NCBI GenBank assembly: GCA_964583325.1
Contig: CAZOXJ010000001.1
Location: 28,054 to 92,053, forward strand
Direction: 5' to 3'
Source of the DNA: an uncultured Lentimicrobiaceae bacterium
Lineage (GTDB): Bacteria; Bacteroidota; Bacteroidia; Bacteroidales; UBA4417
Length of the DNA stretch: 64,000 bases
The notes under the pieces are model-generated. The model saw only the letters and a program-made list of their open reading frames with translations. It made no database searches and was not told where the DNA came from. Shown here piece after piece: positions 38,969-48,920 of the stretch (the first letter of the stretch is position 1; each line of letters begins with the position of its first letter). Position numbers and translations under genes: made by a program.

Positions 38969-40156
38969 ATGATTAATTTTATACTTTTCGATGATCACAG
39001 CCGTGTTTCACTGCGGCCTCTCACATTTTTCCGCCCGGTTAGCTCAATCCGAATCGGAATACTTACCATTAGTGAAAAATGGGAATTACATCTCCAACAA
39101 ACAGTATCATTTCTTACAGATATTTATCTTCAGGAAAAATACAAATTGAAAGTCGGAGCCGACAATTATCTGATTAATGGTTCGATTTTGCCCAACCAGG
39201 AACTTGTTGCTGAAATTCTGTCACTCGAAACTGACACTTCGCTTGTATTTGACGACAATGTTGTGGCGATTCACCTGACCGCCGAAAACCTGAAACATTT
39301 TACAGAAGGTTCGTCTCCTGAACTGAAGAGCAAACAAGTAAAAGCATCATTTGAAAAGATTAATAATACCTGGGATATTTTCGGAATGAATAAGAAATCA
39401 ATTGAAGATGATTTTAAACTCATTACAACAAACAGGAAATCAGCTGAAATTTCGTCGACCAACCAGGTACTTGGAGACAATCTGTTTGTTGAAGAAGGCG
39501 CAAGCATTGAGTGCTCAACCATCAATACCCTGAAAGGACCCGTATATATCGGAAAAAATGCGGAAGTAATGCAGGGATGCCATATAATTGGGCCGGTGGC
39601 CTTGTGCGAGAGTTCGGTATTAAAAATGGGAACGCTTGTTTACAAAGGATCTACAATCGGGCCCTGGTGCAAAGCCGGAGGCGAAATCAACAACAGTATC
39701 CTTTTCGGGTATTCGAGTAAAGCGCACGACGGATTCCTGGGTGATTCGGTAATAGCCGAATGGTGCAACTTAGGAGCAGGAACCACCACAAGCAATCTCA
39801 AAAACAATTATGAGCCTGTAAAACAATGGAGTTACGGCGAAAATAAGTTTATCAGCACAGATCTTCAGTTTTGTGGTCTGGTGATGGGCGATCATACTAA
39901 AACAGGCATCAGTTCGATGTTTAACTCAGGATCTACTGCTGGCGTTTGTTCTAATATTTTCGGAGTGAGTTATCAGCGTAACTTTATTCCTTCTTTTGTA
40001 TGGGGGGGAACTACCGGTTTCAGAAAGCACAAACTTGATGAAGCTATGGAAACTGCAAAAGCAGTGTATGCCAGGCGCGGAATTGCCTTCGACACGGTGG
40101 AAGAAAATATTTTTCGTGCCGTTTTCGAATTAACCGCCGATAACAGGTTGATGTAA
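38969..40156 (+). CDS. GlmU-like putative sugar-phosphate nucleotidyltransferase with left-handed beta-helix
   Basis: The ORF track begins at a TTG (38915). The ATG at 38969 gives MINFILFDDHSRVSLRPLTFFRPVSSIRIGILTISEKW, a nucleotidyltransferase N-terminus. The C-terminal half has hexapeptide-repeat character (GKNAEVMQGCHIIGPVALCESSVLKMGTLVYKGSTIG). Confidence 0.65.
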   Translation: MINFILFDDHSRVSLRPLTFFRPVSSIRIGILTISEKWELHLQQTVSFLTDIYLQEKYKLKVGADNYLINGSILPNQELVAEILSLETDTSLVFDDNVVAIHLTAENLKHFTEGSSPELKSKQVKASFEKINNTWDIFGMNKKSIEDDFKLITTNRKSAEISSTNQVLGDNLFVEEGASIECSTINTLKGPVYIGKNAEVMQGCHIIGPVALCESSVLKMGTLVYKGSTIGPWCKAGGEINNSILFGYSSKAHDGFLGDSVIAEWCNLGAGTTTSNLKNNYEPVKQWSYGENKFISTDLQFCGLVMGDHTKTGISSMFNSGSTAGVCSNIFGVSYQRNFIPSFVWGGTTGFRKHKLDEAMETAKAVYARRGIAFDTVEENIFRAVFELTADNRLM

Positions 40157-40478
40157 AAGGGATTTTCCTTTGGAAAAATTGATTTATATCCTTAATTCCA
40201 ATTCAATATCATTGTCATTCAGTAATTTAAACAGGTCATTCAATAAAATCTGAACAGAAAATAGTTTAGGCAAAAACTGGTTTTCATAGAATTTTGCATG
40301 ACGATTCTCGAAAAATCAAGGACCCGATAACCTTTGATAAATCAACCGGAAGCAGTACTAATACTTTCAAAAAGCTGAACATCCGACAAAGTGCCTTGTT
40401 ATTGTAATGGCATGGTTCTTGACCTAGCCATGACCAACTTTAATGAGGCATTATATATGCCAAACTGTCACTTTACTT

Positions 40479-42911
40479 ATGGATAACAATATAAACATAG
40501 CTGATCTGCATCTTTCGAATGTTATGGAAGATGAAACGGAATTCATCCCATTACTCTCAGCTGAGGATGAAGAAATCATTAATTCGGAAGATGTTCCTCC
40601 GGTTTTACCAATTTTGCCACTTCGGAACACAGTTTTATTTCCCGGTGTAGTTATTCCTATTACCGTTGGACGTGATAAATCAATACGCCTTATCAAGGAG
40701 TTTTATAAAGGAGAGCGTATTATAGGCGTGGTTTCACAAAAGGACGGCGATATTGAAGATCCCGGTTATGACGATTTGAATAAAATAGGAACTGTAGCAT
40801 ATATTATAAAGATACTGCAATTGCCTGATGGCAATACAACAGCCATTATTCAGGGTAAAAAACGATTTGAACTGGGACAGCTTCTGCAATCGGAACCCTA
40901 TTTTAAAGCTGAAGTTATTAGTATTGACAAAAATGTATTCACATCAAAGAAAGATAAAAGTTTTGAAGCGCTGATTGCCTCAATAAAAGATCTTTCCATT
41001 CAGATAATTAATCAGTCGCCAAACTTACCGAGTGAAGCAGCATTTGCCATCAAGAATATTGAAAGCCCTGTATTCCTTGTTAATTTCGTTGCATCAAATC
41101 TGAACGTTGATATAAGTGAAAAGCAAAATCTTTTAAGTATTCTGGATGTTGAGGAACGCGCCAACAGAGTTTTGATGCTGCTCTCAAAGGAGATTCAGAT
41201 GCTGGATTTGAAAAACCAGATTCAGAACAAAGTAAAAGTAGATATGGATAAGCAGCAGCGTGATTATTTACTTAATCAGCAGCTAAAGCAGATACAGGAA
41301 GAACTTGGCAATAACCCCAACGAGCAGCAGATCAACGAAATAAAAGCAAAAGCATTCTCCCGCAAATGGCCGGAAGCTTCTTTTAAAGTTTTCGAAAAAG
41401 AAATTGCCAAGCTACAACGCATGAATCCGATGGCCATGGAGTTTTCGCTCCAGGTAAATTATCTTGAAGTAATGGTTGATTTGCCATGGGAAACTTTTAC
41501 CGAGGATAATTTTGACTTGCATCACGCCCAGAAGGTTTTGGATAAAGACCATTATGGTATGGAGAAAGTAAAAGAAAGGATTATTGAGTACCTTGCCGTA
41601 TTGAAACTAAAAGGTGATATGAAATCACCAATTTTATGCCTTGTTGGACCTCCGGGAGTAGGAAAAACCTCTCTTGGAAAATCAATTGCCAAAGCAATAG
41701 GCAGGAATTATATACGCATGTCGTTGGGCGGATTGCACGACGAAGCTGAAATAAGGGGACATCGCCGTACCTATATAGGTGCTATGCCCGGAAGAATTAT
41801 ACAAAGTATACGTAAAGCAAAATCGTCGAACCCTGTTTTTGTTCTTGACGAAATCGATAAAGTTTCGGGTATGACAGTAAATGGTGATCCTTCGGCTGCT
41901 TTACTGGAGGTGCTAGATCCGGAACAAAACAGCTCATTTTATGACAATTTCCTGGAAGTAGAGTATGATTTATCAAAAGTGATGTTTATTGCAACTGCAA
42001 ACTCTCTCAATACGGTGCATCCAGCTTTGCGCGACAGGATGGAAATAATTGACCTGAGCGGTTACCTGATTGAAGAAAAGATAGAAATTGCCCGTAAACA
42101 CCTGGTGCCTAAACAGATGACCGAGCATGGTATCAATAAGAAAAAAATTACTTTTGGAAAGCCACTGCTTCAGTCCATCATCGAAAATTATACCCGGGAA
42201 TCAGGAGTACGATTACTTGAGAAAACTATTGCTAAAGTAATCCGTAACAGAGCCCGTTACATTGCAATGGACGAAGATGTGTCTGCAACAATTTCACCTG
42301 CTGAACTTGAGAAAATACTGGGACCAGCACCGTTTAATAATGAGAAAAGTTATTCGGGAAATACACCCGGAGTTGCAACAGGTTTGGCATGGACGGCAGT
42401 TGGCGGTGAAATTCTTTTCGTTGAAGTAAGCCTTAGCCCGGGAAAAGGAAACCTTACTGTTACAGGAAACCTTGGCGATGTAATGAAGGAATCAGCTTCC
42501 CTTGCCTATGAATATCTGAAAGCACATGCAAGCCAGCTGAAACTCGAAAATGAGGTTTTTGAAAAATGGAATGTTCATATTCATGTTCCGGAAGGTGCTA
42601 CTCCTAAGGATGGTCCTTCGGCAGGAATTACTATGTTTACAGCCCTGGCATCAGCGTTCACCAAGAAACCGGTTAATGAAAAGCTGGCCATGTCGGGCGA
42701 AATAACTTTAAGAGGACGTATTTTACCGGTTGGCGGAGTGAAAGAAAAAATTCTTGCCGCAAAAAGAGCACGGATTACCGATATTATTCTTTCATCAGAA
42801 AACAGAAGAGACATTGCAGAAATTAAACCTGATTATATAAAAGGTCTGAAATTCCATTATCTTACTGATATGATTGATGTTCTTGATCATGCACTTGTTG
42901 CAAAGAACTAA
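40479..42911 (+). CDS. lon: ATP-dependent Lon protease
   Basis: Lon N-domain (LPILPLRNTVLFPGVVIPITVGR), Walker A (GPPGVGKTS), catalytic PKDGPSAG and GGVKEKILAAKRA. The ORF track start is 40443; the ATG at 40479 (MDNNINI) is more likely. Confidence 0.97.
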   Translation: MDNNINIADLHLSNVMEDETEFIPLLSAEDEEIINSEDVPPVLPILPLRNTVLFPGVVIPITVGRDKSIRLIKEFYKGERIIGVVSQKDGDIEDPGYDDLNKIGTVAYIIKILQLPDGNTTAIIQGKKRFELGQLLQSEPYFKAEVISIDKNVFTSKKDKSFEALIASIKDLSIQIINQSPNLPSEAAFAIKNIESPVFLVNFVASNLNVDISEKQNLLSILDVEERANRVLMLLSKEIQMLDLKNQIQNKVKVDMDKQQRDYLLNQQLKQIQEELGNNPNEQQINEIKAKAFSRKWPEASFKVFEKEIAKLQRMNPMAMEFSLQVNYLEVMVDLPWETFTEDNFDLHHAQKVLDKDHYGMEKVKERIIEYLAVLKLKGDMKSPILCLVGPPGVGKTSLGKSIAKAIGRNYIRMSLGGLHDEAEIRGHRRTYIGAMPGRIIQSIRKAKSSNPVFVLDEIDKVSGMTVNGDPSAALLEVLDPEQNSSFYDNFLEVEYDLSKVMFIATANSLNTVHPALRDRMEIIDLSGYLIEEKIEIARKHLVPKQMTEHGINKKKITFGKPLLQSIIENYTRESGVRLLEKTIAKVIRNRARYIAMDEDVSATISPAELEKILGPAPFNNEKSYSGNTPGVATGLAWTAVGGEILFVEVSLSPGKGNLTVTGNLGDVMKESASLAYEYLKAHASQLKLENEVFEKWNVHIHVPEGATPKDGPSAGITMFTALASAFTKKPVNEKLAMSGEITLRGRILPVGGVKEKILAAKRARITDIILSSENRRDIAEIKPDYIKGLKFHYLTDMIDVLDHALVAKN

Positions 42912-42931
42912 ATTGTCGTATTTACTGACAT

Positions 42932-42960
42932 AAAAAAACCGGATAGACTCCGGTTTTTTT
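42932..42960. terminator. bidirectional intrinsic terminator between lon and the M1 peptidase gene
   Basis: AAAAAAACCGGA-TAGAC-TCCGGTTTTTTT: a 5-bp GC stem extended by complementary A7/T7 runs, between convergent stops at 42911 and 42963. Confidence 0.85.
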
Positions 42961-42962
42961 AT

Positions 42963-44957
42963 TTATTCAGCCCTGATAATTTTTATCGTTTCAGCATTCC
43001 TGGCTGTTCGCAGCACAACAAAGTAAATTCCATTTTTCAGGCCAACGGATTCAAATTCAGCTGAGTGATCGCCGGACGGATAATATTTTTCAGATATAGT
43101 TCTGAGTTTTACCCCTGTGTTACTATACAATTCGAGAGTTACGAAATCGGGGTTTTCGAGACTAAAACTTATTTGTGCATTGTTCGCAAATGGATTTGGC
43201 AAAAAGCTGAGGCTAAAGATTTGTTTACCTGCTATTTTATCCTCAATCCCTGTAACTGTTGTTCCGGTTTTGAGAAGTATTTCATTATTGGGATCAAAAA
43301 CGACCAAATTGGGTTCTTTGTCGAATTCAAAAGCAAATACCTGACCGCTAAAACTATTAAAAGCCCTTATCAAAGAATCTGATCCATCATCAAAGGTTAT
43401 GAGCAATTCCAATGGCATCTGGAAGTAAGGCAAGAAAGCTTGTTCTTCCTGATTTGCCGTAAAGTGGACAAACCATTTTCCATTTCCTTCTGATGTAATG
43501 CCATAAACATTTCTATAGATAGGATGATCAGGTTTATAAATCCACTGATCGAAAAACCAATCCAATTCCTGGCCTGACTCAACTTCCATTTTGTTTTTAA
43601 AATCTTCAATCGTTGCTGAGTTATGCTTAAAATCAACTGTATCAGTAGCATACGCTTTTAAGGCCGGAAAGAAAACATCATCACCGAGAGTATATCGCAA
43701 CATATGCATTACACAACTTCCTTTCATATAAGTAATTGAATAATTGAACAGTACATTAACTGAAGGAGTTGTAACGGCCCATGATGGTGACGAAATAGCC
43801 CAATGTGGATTCCCGTCGAAATAAGTTTGGGCATAACCTGCCATTTTATTTTTGTAGTAGTCATAACCATTCCGGTTTTCGTACCAATAGGCCTCCGTCC
43901 AGGTTGCAAATCCTTCGTTCAGAAACAGGTCAGCCCAGGTAGCACACGTTACCATATCGCCAAACCACTGATGCGCAAATTCATGTGCAATTAACGATTC
44001 GCTCCAGCAACCTGAGCATAAGCTTGTAAGTGTCTGATTTTCCATACCGCCCCATGCAAATTCGTTATTCAGAGTTGCAAACCCGTTTTTCTCGAATGGA
44101 TGATCCCCGAATTTTGTCGAGAAAAGGGTAGTCATGTCTCCTATTATACTTTTGATATAAGAAGGATCTTCACCATTGTTATAATAAAAGCGGATAGGAA
44201 TAACCTCTGATGTATTGGGATTCGTCCAGTTTACAATATCGAGATTAAAATTATTGCTTGCTGTGAGCACAGTGAGATAAGTGGCAACAGGATCGCGGCT
44301 TATCCAATGATAAGAAATGGTATTTCCATCCACGATTGAATCCTGTAGTCGGCCGTTAGAGCCTAACCGGGCACCTAGAGGCACTTTTGCCGTTATATCA
44401 GTCATAGCTTTATCGCTGGGCTTGTCGTAACAAGGAAACCATTTTCGGGCACCTTCAGGCTCGCTATCAGTAAAAGCAAAACCTCCTGAAGCATAAAAAG
44501 CACCATCAGAAATATCGGAGTGAGAATAAAAAATATGAACTTCAGCCTCTTCACCGGGATTGTAAGTCCTATTGAGTTGGATAGTTAATTTATCGGCAAG
44601 ATGCGTAAAAGATATTCCATTCAATTGCACCCCGGAAATAGTTAATGATTGATTATTCGCATCGAGTACTATTTGATTCAAAGCCGAGTCGATCCTGAAA
44701 AGAATTTTCACATCAGCTTCAAAATCATTTGGATACGGACTTTGCAAGCAATTCACCATATCAATATTTAAGGTGTATTTGAGCACATCGAATGCATGTT
44801 TGGGAGCACTGGGTGAGCGGAAAGAATTCGCTGCCAAATTAGTACTTGCCGATTTTTTATACGAGCACATTTCGGCTCCATTGACGAAAGTATGTTGTGC
44901 ATTGAGGCTGCCAAAGCAAAACAAAAGAATTGTAAGGGGTAAAAATATCTTTTTCAT
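42963..44957 (-). CDS. M1-family zinc aminopeptidase with T9SS C-terminal sorting domain
   Basis: HEFAHQWFGD plus NEGFATW (gluzincin motifs) and signal peptide MKKIFLPLTILLFCFGSLNAQ from the ATG at 44957. The C-terminus (FLPNPFANNAQISF...GIYFVVLRTARNAETIKIIRAE) is a T9SS CTD. Confidence 0.9.
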   Translation of the reverse strand: MKKIFLPLTILLFCFGSLNAQHTFVNGAEMCSYKKSASTNLAANSFRSPSAPKHAFDVLKYTLNIDMVNCLQSPYPNDFEADVKILFRIDSALNQIVLDANNQSLTISGVQLNGISFTHLADKLTIQLNRTYNPGEEAEVHIFYSHSDISDGAFYASGGFAFTDSEPEGARKWFPCYDKPSDKAMTDITAKVPLGARLGSNGRLQDSIVDGNTISYHWISRDPVATYLTVLTASNNFNLDIVNWTNPNTSEVIPIRFYYNNGEDPSYIKSIIGDMTTLFSTKFGDHPFEKNGFATLNNEFAWGGMENQTLTSLCSGCWSESLIAHEFAHQWFGDMVTCATWADLFLNEGFATWTEAYWYENRNGYDYYKNKMAGYAQTYFDGNPHWAISSPSWAVTTPSVNVLFNYSITYMKGSCVMHMLRYTLGDDVFFPALKAYATDTVDFKHNSATIEDFKNKMEVESGQELDWFFDQWIYKPDHPIYRNVYGITSEGNGKWFVHFTANQEEQAFLPYFQMPLELLITFDDGSDSLIRAFNSFSGQVFAFEFDKEPNLVVFDPNNEILLKTGTTVTGIEDKIAGKQIFSLSFLPNPFANNAQISFSLENPDFVTLELYSNTGVKLRTISEKYYPSGDHSAEFESVGLKNGIYFVVLRTARNAETIKIIRAE

Positions 44958-44980
44958 ATTGTTGTATATATTACTAAGGA

Positions 44981-44988
44981 CAAAAATA
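44981..44988 (-). promoter_or_regulatory. -7 box TATTTTTG for the M1 peptidase gene
   Basis: The plus strand reads CAAAAATA, 24 nt upstream of the ATG at 44955-44957. Confidence 0.45.
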
Positions 44989-45041
44989 GGTTTTTCTGGC
45001 ATATCCTTTAGAAAGTTCTCAGGACATATCTGTCAAAGCTG

Positions 45042-45049
45042 TAATTTTG
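45042..45049 (+). promoter_or_regulatory. -7 box TAATTTTG for the substrate-binding protein gene
   Basis: Perfect TAnnTTTG 21 nt upstream of the ATG at 45070. Confidence 0.45.
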
Positions 45050-45069
45050 AAAACTCAATTAAACAAACG

Positions 45070-46716
45070 ATGAAATTCTCTGTAATTTATTATTTCCTGG
45101 TTTTAGCATTGCTGGCTGAAGCATGTAATTCAGGGAATTTCGAAAATGACGGACGGACAGTATTCAGATATAATGAATCTGCTGGAATTACTTCTTTAGA
45201 CCCGGCATTTGCGCACAACCAGGCTAATATATGGGCTGTTAACCAGCTATTTAACGGGCTTGTGCAGCTTGATGATAACCTGAAAGTTAAAGCTTGCATT
45301 GCCAAATCCTGGGAACTATCAGCTGATGGGTTGAACTACATATTTCATTTACGTGATGATGTATATTTTCATGATCATGAAGCATTTGGAGGGAAAAACA
45401 GGAGAAAAGTCGTAGCTGATGATTTTGTATACAGTTTTAACCGCGTACTTGATGAAAAACTTGCTTCGCCCGGAGCCTGGGTGCTGGTGCAAGTGAAAAA
45501 AGTTAACGGTAAGTTTGCGATAAGTGCAATTGATGATACTACTCTCACTATCAGCCTTAAAGCACCATTTCCTCCCTTCCTTGGTTTATTAAGTATGCAA
45601 TATTGTTCCGTTGTTCCACACGAAGTTATTTCCAAATATGGAGTTGATTTCAGGCAGCATCCAGTAGGTACAGGTCCATTCAGGTTCGGTATGTGGAAAG
45701 AAGGCGTAAAGCTGGTGATGCTCCGGAACGATAATTATTTTGAAAAGGGAAAAGATGGTCCCCTGCCCTACCTTGATGCTGTGGCAGTTACTTTTATTGT
45801 TGACAAGCAATCAGCATTTCTGGAATTTTTGAAAGGCAACCTCGACTTCGTTTCAGGTATTGATGCAAGCTATAAGGACGAATTATTAACAAATTACGGG
45901 GAGTTGCGCCCTAAGCATTCTGGAAATATTACAATGACCAAACAACCATACCTGAATACCGAGTACCTGGGAATCCTGATTGATACCAGGTATTCGGTTG
46001 CCTCCGCCAGTCCGCTAAAAAATAAACTGGTAAGGCAAGCTATAAATTATGGTTTCGACAGGGTAAAAATGATGCGATACTTACGCAACAATATTGGAAT
46101 TGCAGGTACATCAGGATTTGTGCCTGCAGGTATGCCCTGGTTCGACCAGCAACAAATAAGCGGATACAATTACGATCCGGCAAAAGCATTGCAACTGCTC
46201 AGCAAAGCAGGGTATCCTGCAGGAAAAGGGTTGCCACCGATTACACTTACAACCAATGCGTCATACCTCGATTTGTGTAAATTTATTCAAAGTCAGCTTG
46301 GTGAAATAGGAATTCCCGTAAAAATAGATGTTACGCCACCTGCGACATTGCGCGAAATGATTGCCCAGTCAAAAGTTGTATTTTTCCGCGGGTCGTGGAT
46401 TGCGGATTATCCTGATGCGGAAAATTATCTCTCGCTTTTTTATTCTCCAAACTTTTGTCCGGCCGGGCCTAATTATACTCATTTTTCTTCGCCGGCTTTT
46501 GATAAACTTTACCGGGAGTGCCTGTTCGAAAGCAACGATTCACTCAGGGGGCAAAAATACATGATGATGGACCAGCTTATGATAGATGAAGCACCCGTGG
46601 TGGTGCTCTATTATGATGAAGTGCTGCGTTTCAGTCATAAAAATATTCACAATTTAGGTTCAAATCCATTGAATCTTCTTCATTTAAAACAAGTAAAAAA
46701 AAGTCATGACCTATAA
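45070..46716 (+). CDS. family-5 ABC-type substrate-binding lipoprotein (peptide/nickel SBP family)
   Basis: The in-frame ATG at 45070 gives lipoprotein signal MKFSVIYYFLVLALLAEAC. The SBP_bac_5 block is HPVGTGPFRFGMWKEGVKLVMLRNDNYF. The ORF-track start at 44773 overlaps the divergent gene and both promoters. Confidence 0.85.
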   Translation: MKFSVIYYFLVLALLAEACNSGNFENDGRTVFRYNESAGITSLDPAFAHNQANIWAVNQLFNGLVQLDDNLKVKACIAKSWELSADGLNYIFHLRDDVYFHDHEAFGGKNRRKVVADDFVYSFNRVLDEKLASPGAWVLVQVKKVNGKFAISAIDDTTLTISLKAPFPPFLGLLSMQYCSVVPHEVISKYGVDFRQHPVGTGPFRFGMWKEGVKLVMLRNDNYFEKGKDGPLPYLDAVAVTFIVDKQSAFLEFLKGNLDFVSGIDASYKDELLTNYGELRPKHSGNITMTKQPYLNTEYLGILIDTRYSVASASPLKNKLVRQAINYGFDRVKMMRYLRNNIGIAGTSGFVPAGMPWFDQQQISGYNYDPAKALQLLSKAGYPAGKGLPPITLTTNASYLDLCKFIQSQLGEIGIPVKIDVTPPATLREMIAQSKVVFFRGSWIADYPDAENYLSLFYSPNFCPAGPNYTHFSSPAFDKLYRECLFESNDSLRGQKYMMMDQLMIDEAPVVVLYYDEVLRFSHKNIHNLGSNPLNLLHLKQVKKSHDL

Positions 46717-47224
46717 AGAACTTAAGAGAATAAGCCCAAATGAAATAAGTCAGAATCCTTTCGAACTCATTGACGATGACTGGTTTCTGCTTTCGGCGGG
46801 AGATATGAATTCATTTAATACCATGACGGCAAGTTGGGGAGGAATGGGAATTTTGTGGAATAAACCGGTTGTATTTTGTTTTGTGAGGCCACAGCGATAC
46901 ACCTATAAATTAATGGAGTCGAATAAACTCTTTACCATGAGTTTTTTCGACGAACGTTTTCGTGATGCATTGAATTTGTGTGGTAAAATATCCGGCAGGC
47001 AAACCGATAAAATGAAAGCAACAGGACTGAAACCCTTCGAATCGCCCGAAGGATCTGTTTTTTACGAACAGGCTAAACTGATGTTAGAGTGCAGGAAACT
47101 TTACTTTTCGGATATCACGCCCGAAAATTTCCTGGTTGAGGGAATAGATGCCAACTATCCCAAAAAAGATTATCACCGAATGTATATCGGTGAAATAATT
47201 TCCAGTTTCAACAATTTCAAATAG
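46706..47224 (+). CDS. flavin reductase-like (FMN-binding split-barrel) protein
   Basis: 172 aa with NTMTASWGGMGILWNKPVVFCFVRPQRYT. It overlaps the preceding gene by 11 nt. Confidence 0.7.
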   Translation: MTYKELKRISPNEISQNPFELIDDDWFLLSAGDMNSFNTMTASWGGMGILWNKPVVFCFVRPQRYTYKLMESNKLFTMSFFDERFRDALNLCGKISGRQTDKMKATGLKPFESPEGSVFYEQAKLMLECRKLYFSDITPENFLVEGIDANYPKKDYHRMYIGEIISSFNNFK

Positions 47225-47375
47225 GGTTCAACACATTTGAGTACCCAGAAGTTGAATCATAGCAGAGCATTTTTTTCTCTGAATAAAGCACTTGATGAAA
47301 ATTTGAGTATTTTAGCAAGTTCCAAAGAGAAAAGCCATAAGGCAGGTACAATGTTGAGTAAATAACTAAGTATCA

Positions 47376-47921
47376 TTGAAAATAGTCAAAAACATACGCG
47401 AAAAATTTGCTAAGTCATATCTGATTAAGCAATTGCATGCAATGAACCGGTTACAAAAACCAGTAAACCTGGAAAGTGCACGAACTGTAACCTTACTATA
47501 TTATCTCCCTGACGAGGCTACCTATAAAAAAGTTGAGTTGATTTTAATGCGGTTGAACGATTTGAATCTGAAAACCAGGGTAGTTTGTTATACCGACCTC
47601 AAAATCATCCCTCATTATTTCATTCCAAAAATAACCCAGGATATAATTACGGCCAAAGACGTTAACTGGAGGTATCAGCCTCAAAAACCATTTGTTAAGG
47701 AGTTCATTGAAACTGAATATGATATCCTTATTGATCTCAGTTTGAGTGATTATTTGCCGTTGCTGTATTGTTCAGCATTGTCGAAAGCAGGACTTAAAGT
47801 TGGCAGGTACAGCGAGGACCACCAATCTTTTTATGACCTGATGATACATGCAGGACAAGATGAAACCATTGATTCATTTGCCGAACAGGTAATACATTAT
47901 TTAAGCATGATAAACAACTAA
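47376..47921 (+). CDS. hypothetical protein
   Basis: 181 aa with a TTG start (first internal ATG at 47439). It ends 4 nt before dapA. No family named. Confidence 0.6.
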   Translation: MKIVKNIREKFAKSYLIKQLHAMNRLQKPVNLESARTVTLLYYLPDEATYKKVELILMRLNDLNLKTRVVCYTDLKIIPHYFIPKITQDIITAKDVNWRYQPQKPFVKEFIETEYDILIDLSLSDYLPLLYCSALSKAGLKVGRYSEDHQSFYDLMIHAGQDETIDSFAEQVIHYLSMINN

Positions 47922-47925
47922 TCGT

Positions 47926-48822
47926 ATGATTACAAAATTCAGAGGCACGGGAGTAGCCATGATTACACCGTTTCATAAACAAGGTACTATTGACTTTACA
48001 GCTCTTGAACGTTTGATTGAGCACCTTATCGGGGGTGGAGTTGATTACCTTGTTGTGCAGGGAACAACAGCTGAAACGGCTACCTTAACCAGGGAAGAAA
48101 AAAATGCTCTTGCGGGATTTGTTGTTGAAATTGCCAATAAGAGAATTCCTTTGGTTATCGGCATTGGAGGCAATAATACCCAGGAAGTAATAAATACAAT
48201 CCGTTCGAATAACCTCGACGGGTATGATGCAATACTCTCAGTAACACCATACTACAATAAACCCCAGCAACGAGGCTTATACCTGCATTACAAAAATGTT
48301 GCAACTGTTAGTCCGCTGCCTATAATAATGTATAATGTTCCCTCGCGCACATCGGTTAATATGAAACCCGAGATTACGCTCCAACTTGCTGTTGAATTCG
48401 ATAACATTATTGGAGTGAAAGAAGCATCGGGTAATATGGAACAAATCATGGATATTATCCGTAAAAAGCCAAAAGACTTTCTGGTGATATCAGGCGACGA
48501 CTTGCTTACCTTACCCTTGCTGGGGATGGGAGCCGATGGTGTAATTTCGGTTGTTGCCAACTCTTTTCCAAAACAATTCTCGGAAATGGTATCGCTTGGT
48601 TTAAATGGAGAGATGCGCAAAGCAAGGGAAATACACTTCAGACTTACCGAATTTACTAAGTCTGTTTTTGCAGATGGAAATCCTTCCGGAATTAAAGCAG
48701 CACTTGAAATTCAGGAAATCATATCGAATAATTTGAGGTTACCACTCGTTAAAATTGAAAAAGCACATTACAACCATCTATCTGCCCTTATTGCTGAACT
48801 CCAACCCGTTATCCATGAATAA
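47926..48822 (+). CDS. dapA: 4-hydroxy-tetrahydrodipicolinate synthase
   Basis: 298 aa with GTGVAMITPF, VVQGTTAE, MYNVPSRT and GVKEASG (Schiff-base Lys). Confidence 0.95.
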   Translation: MITKFRGTGVAMITPFHKQGTIDFTALERLIEHLIGGGVDYLVVQGTTAETATLTREEKNALAGFVVEIANKRIPLVIGIGGNNTQEVINTIRSNNLDGYDAILSVTPYYNKPQQRGLYLHYKNVATVSPLPIIMYNVPSRTSVNMKPEITLQLAVEFDNIIGVKEASGNMEQIMDIIRKKPKDFLVISGDDLLTLPLLGMGADGVISVVANSFPKQFSEMVSLGLNGEMRKAREIHFRLTEFTKSVFADGNPSGIKAALEIQEIISNNLRLPLVKIEKAHYNHLSALIAELQPVIHE

Positions 48823-48920
48823 TAACTTTTCAGCAATCATGATCAGGTAAAGATGTAAAATCATGAAATCACAATAGTAAGAATAGTCAGAAATCCGTTT
48901 ACCAAAACCTTTAATACCAC

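Noticed and set aside
44773-45069. 99-codon N-terminal extension of the substrate-binding protein ORF
   Set aside because: It overlaps the divergent M1 peptidase gene and both promoter boxes. The internal ATG at 45070 gives a canonical lipoprotein signal.
46657-46667. tRNA T-arm-like strings (GGTTCAAATCC here, GGTTCGA at 54346-54352)
   Set aside because: Both lie inside well-supported coding regions, and no cloverleaf partner segments surround them.
47225-47375. Terminator after the flavin-reductase gene (CAGAG-CATTTTTTT-CTCTG, and TTCAAC/GTTGAA with a 20-nt loop)
   Set aside because: The stems are only 5-6 bp with oversized or T-rich loops. They are not convincing as intrinsic terminators.
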